From the NCBI GenBank assembly GCA_965215185.1, contig OZ244034.1, positions 64,001-128,000 on the forward strand: a stretch of 64,000 nt of DNA. Direction: 5' to 3'. Below the pieces are notes generated by a model. It was not told the origin of the DNA, did not search any database, and saw nothing but the letters and a program-made list of their open reading frames with translations. The DNA comes from Acidimicrobiia bacterium (lineage in GTDB: Bacteria; Actinomycetota; Acidimicrobiia; Spongiisociales; ZC4RG35). Every line of letters begins with the position of its first letter. The stretch's first letter is position 1. The translations under genes were made by a program, and so were the position numbers. This document shows, in pieces, positions 61,904-64,000 of this stretch.

Positions 61904-63055
61904 CTAGGCGAAGGTAAGCAGGCGACGGGGGTTTTCGATCAAGATCTGGTCGATCAGCTTCTGGGAGAATCCTTTGTAGCGCATCAGTTGCTGAACGGTT
62001 TCGGGTATGTGCTGCCAGCCGAACCCCCCGTAGCGGCGGTACCAGTGCTGGAGAGCCAGATCATGGGAGATAAGCAGTTGCTCTTCGTAACCGGCTTCGG
62101 CCAGCGTCATCAGGTAGTTGAGTCGCACCGCGTCGTTGGGATCATCGATCGGTCCACGTTGGCGGTGGGAAGCCTCGCGTCCGAACCCGTCGAATAGGAG
62201 GCCCGCCCCGGTGGCGGCCAACTCCAGGAAAGGCGCCGGATCAAAGGAGTGGGGGGCCGGTCGGGAGGGAAGGCGGTGTTCGACATGGGAGAACGCGATC
62301 CTGGATAGGTCTCCTCCTTCTTCCTCTACGATGCGGATCGCGTCCCATACGGAGTCGGGGCTGTATCCGGGGTGGATGGAAATAGGAGCTCCTGTCTCTT
62401 TTTGGGACCGTATGGAAGCGCGCAGGGACTTTTCCTCGTTGGGACTGAGCGGCCACGACAGTCCCACCTCTCCGATGATCCCGGCTTTGATGCCCCCCGC
62501 CACGCCTTGGACTATGTCACCGGTTATCAATTCCTGCAGCCGGGAGATGCTCAACTCCGACATGTTGGAGGGATGGTGATGTTGGGAGTAGAAGCCGGTT
62601 CCCATGACTATGTGCACTCCGGTTGCCCGGGCGATCTGGGCCAGGCCCCTGGGGTCGCGGGCCAGTCCGCGGGGGGTCTGGTCGACGAGACATGATCCGC
62701 CGTGGCGTTTGAAGAGGTTGGCCTCGTAAATGGCGTCGTCGATGTCGGTGAGCCGGTAGTTGCCGTAGAAGAACCAGTAGCGTTCGATGTCAGCGCGGGT
62801 ATCCAGCGTGACGGGCTTTCCCCACCTGGTGGTGAATGAGGCGGCCACTCCCGGCCCGTGCTGTCCCGGTTCCAATCCCGCCTCGGGCTGCGCAGAGGCT
62901 CTTTCCACCGATTCGGTTGAGCCCAGCAGGGCCGCGGCCGAGGACTGTCCGGCGGTCATGTCGATCAGCACATGCTCGTGGGGGAGGGTGATGCCCAGAG
63001 TGTCGGGGGGGATGGTCCCCAGCACAGTCTGGATCTTGCCGCGGTGGGTAGTCAT
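61904..63055 (-). CDS. Phosphotriesterase-related (PTE/PHP) amidohydrolase
   Basis: IQTVLG, GITLPHEH, VDQT, GTGFY, IIGEVG, ISIH, SH, LISHD, ENPRR. Confidence 0.92.
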   Translation of the reverse strand: MTTHRGKIQTVLGTIPPDTLGITLPHEHVLIDMTAGQSSAAALLGSTESVERASAQPEAGLEPGQHGPGVAASFTTRWGKPVTLDTRADIERYWFFYGNYRLTDIDDAIYEANLFKRHGGSCLVDQTPRGLARDPRGLAQIARATGVHIVMGTGFYSQHHHPSNMSELSISRLQELITGDIVQGVAGGIKAGIIGEVGLSWPLSPNEEKSLRASIRSQKETGAPISIHPGYSPDSVWDAIRIVEEEGGDLSRIAFSHVEHRLPSRPAPHSFDPAPFLELAATGAGLLFDGFGREASHRQRGPIDDPNDAVRLNYLMTLAEAGYEEQLLISHDLALQHWYRRYGGFGWQHIPETVQQLMRYKGFSQKLIDQILIENPRRLLTFA

Positions 63056-63241
63056 GGCCGTTCATTGTAGGGAGCGATAGAAGGGGAGGGGAGCGGAGCG
63101 GAGCGATGGGTCCCTCGATGACAGGAGCGAGGCCCCGTTTTGAGACAAAAGGCATCGTTCCTCGTCTAATCCCACAAGGATTAGTGTTTCCGGAGGCCCG
63201 GGGGAGGGCCTGGCTCACGTCCCAGGGAGGTGACGGGAGAT

Positions 63242-63991
63242 CTATTCCCCGACCAGATCCCTACGCCTCAATAGCAACCCGGTGACGGCGACCGAGACGA
63301 TCGCCAGTACGGCGGCCTTGGCGACCGCCCCCCCGACGCCGACTTCCACCCGGCCCAGCACCTCGTTGACTGTGTCGAGATTGTCGGGTGTCGTCGCTGC
63401 CAGGTCCGCCCAGGCCGAAACGACGATACGGTAGATCGACGAGGCTTGGATCCCCTCGATCACGCTGCCGAGGGTCAACTCCCAGATCAGCAGGTAGCCG
63501 AGGCCCACCATGGCGGCGCGGCCGAGGACGAGGCCCAGGGGAACGAACAGGGCAGCCGATGCCACGCTCTGAACCGCCGCGGCCACCGTCGTGGAAACCC
63601 CGATCGACCAGTCCCCGGTCACGGCGCCAGCCACCACCCAGGATGCCAGCACGCCGGCTTCCAGAATCACGAAGGATGCCAGGACCGCGGCCGTGACGAC
63701 TCCCAGAGCGATCACCCATCGGGACACCGGTTTCAGCAGCAGGAACGGAAGGGTGTGAGACTTTCGCTCCTCGCCCAACGCCGCGGTCGATACGACGAGG
63801 GCGGCAACCGGGAACAGGATTGACAGCCCGAGGCCGACGGTGATGTCGTTGTAGAGGGTGGCCATCCGGTCGCCCGAGCGCCCCGGGGCCAGCACCAGGA
63901 GTATTGGAGCGAGGGAACCGGTCAGCACGAAGAGCCCGATCGACCGACGCAGGCCGAGCAGCCGGCCCATGACCGAGCGCGTGATCAGCAA
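63242..63991 (-). CDS. ABC-2 type exporter permease (start probably beyond the window)
   Basis: LGEERKSHTLPFLLLKPVSR, six TM segments, C-terminal LRRRDL. Confidence 0.8.
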   Translation of the reverse strand: MLITRSVMGRLLGLRRSIGLFVLTGSLAPILLVLAPGRSGDRMATLYNDITVGLGLSILFPVAALVVSTAALGEERKSHTLPFLLLKPVSRWVIALGVVTAAVLASFVILEAGVLASWVVAGAVTGDWSIGVSTTVAAAVQSVASAALFVPLGLVLGRAAMVGLGYLLIWELTLGSVIEGIQASSIYRIVVSAWADLAATTPDNLDTVNEVLGRVEVGVGGAVAKAAVLAIVSVAVTGLLLRRRDLVGE

Positions 63992-64000
63992 GAAAGCGCT

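Overview
High-GC bacterial chromosome segment. Gene content and order (DUF3499, DUF4193, SigH/RshA-like pair, HelY-tatC-tatB, F420-dependent LLM oxidoreductase, tilS-hpt-ftsH, panC-coaX-lysS) point to Actinomycetota, probably Acidimicrobiia (inference). Most of the window is housekeeping: a cobalamin-riboswitch-controlled btuFCD-cobO salvage operon, ahcY/PMI/manB, NAD salvage (pncB, pncA), CoA synthesis, Tat export, rlmN and metY. No CRISPR array, tRNA, rRNA or transposase was seen. The main things the ORF track does not explain are five. (1) An apparently independent ~140-nt non-coding RNA between coaX and lysS, with a TTGACA-17-TATCAT promoter, three stem-loops each showing a CCCCUCCC loop, and a U-tract terminator. 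(2) A right-hand accessory region with three convergent modules of an SDR-fold enzyme gene facing a family-5 solute-binding lipoprotein with a long Ala/Glu stalk; two of these share a near-identical 528-bp 5' region and have diverged binding domains. (3) A probable ATA start codon for manB. (4) A single in-frame TAG in an otherwise intact metY, behind a structured leader. (5) Several decayed genes (EPSP-synthase-like, MarR, SDR). All product calls come from motif recognition by eye; no database search was run.
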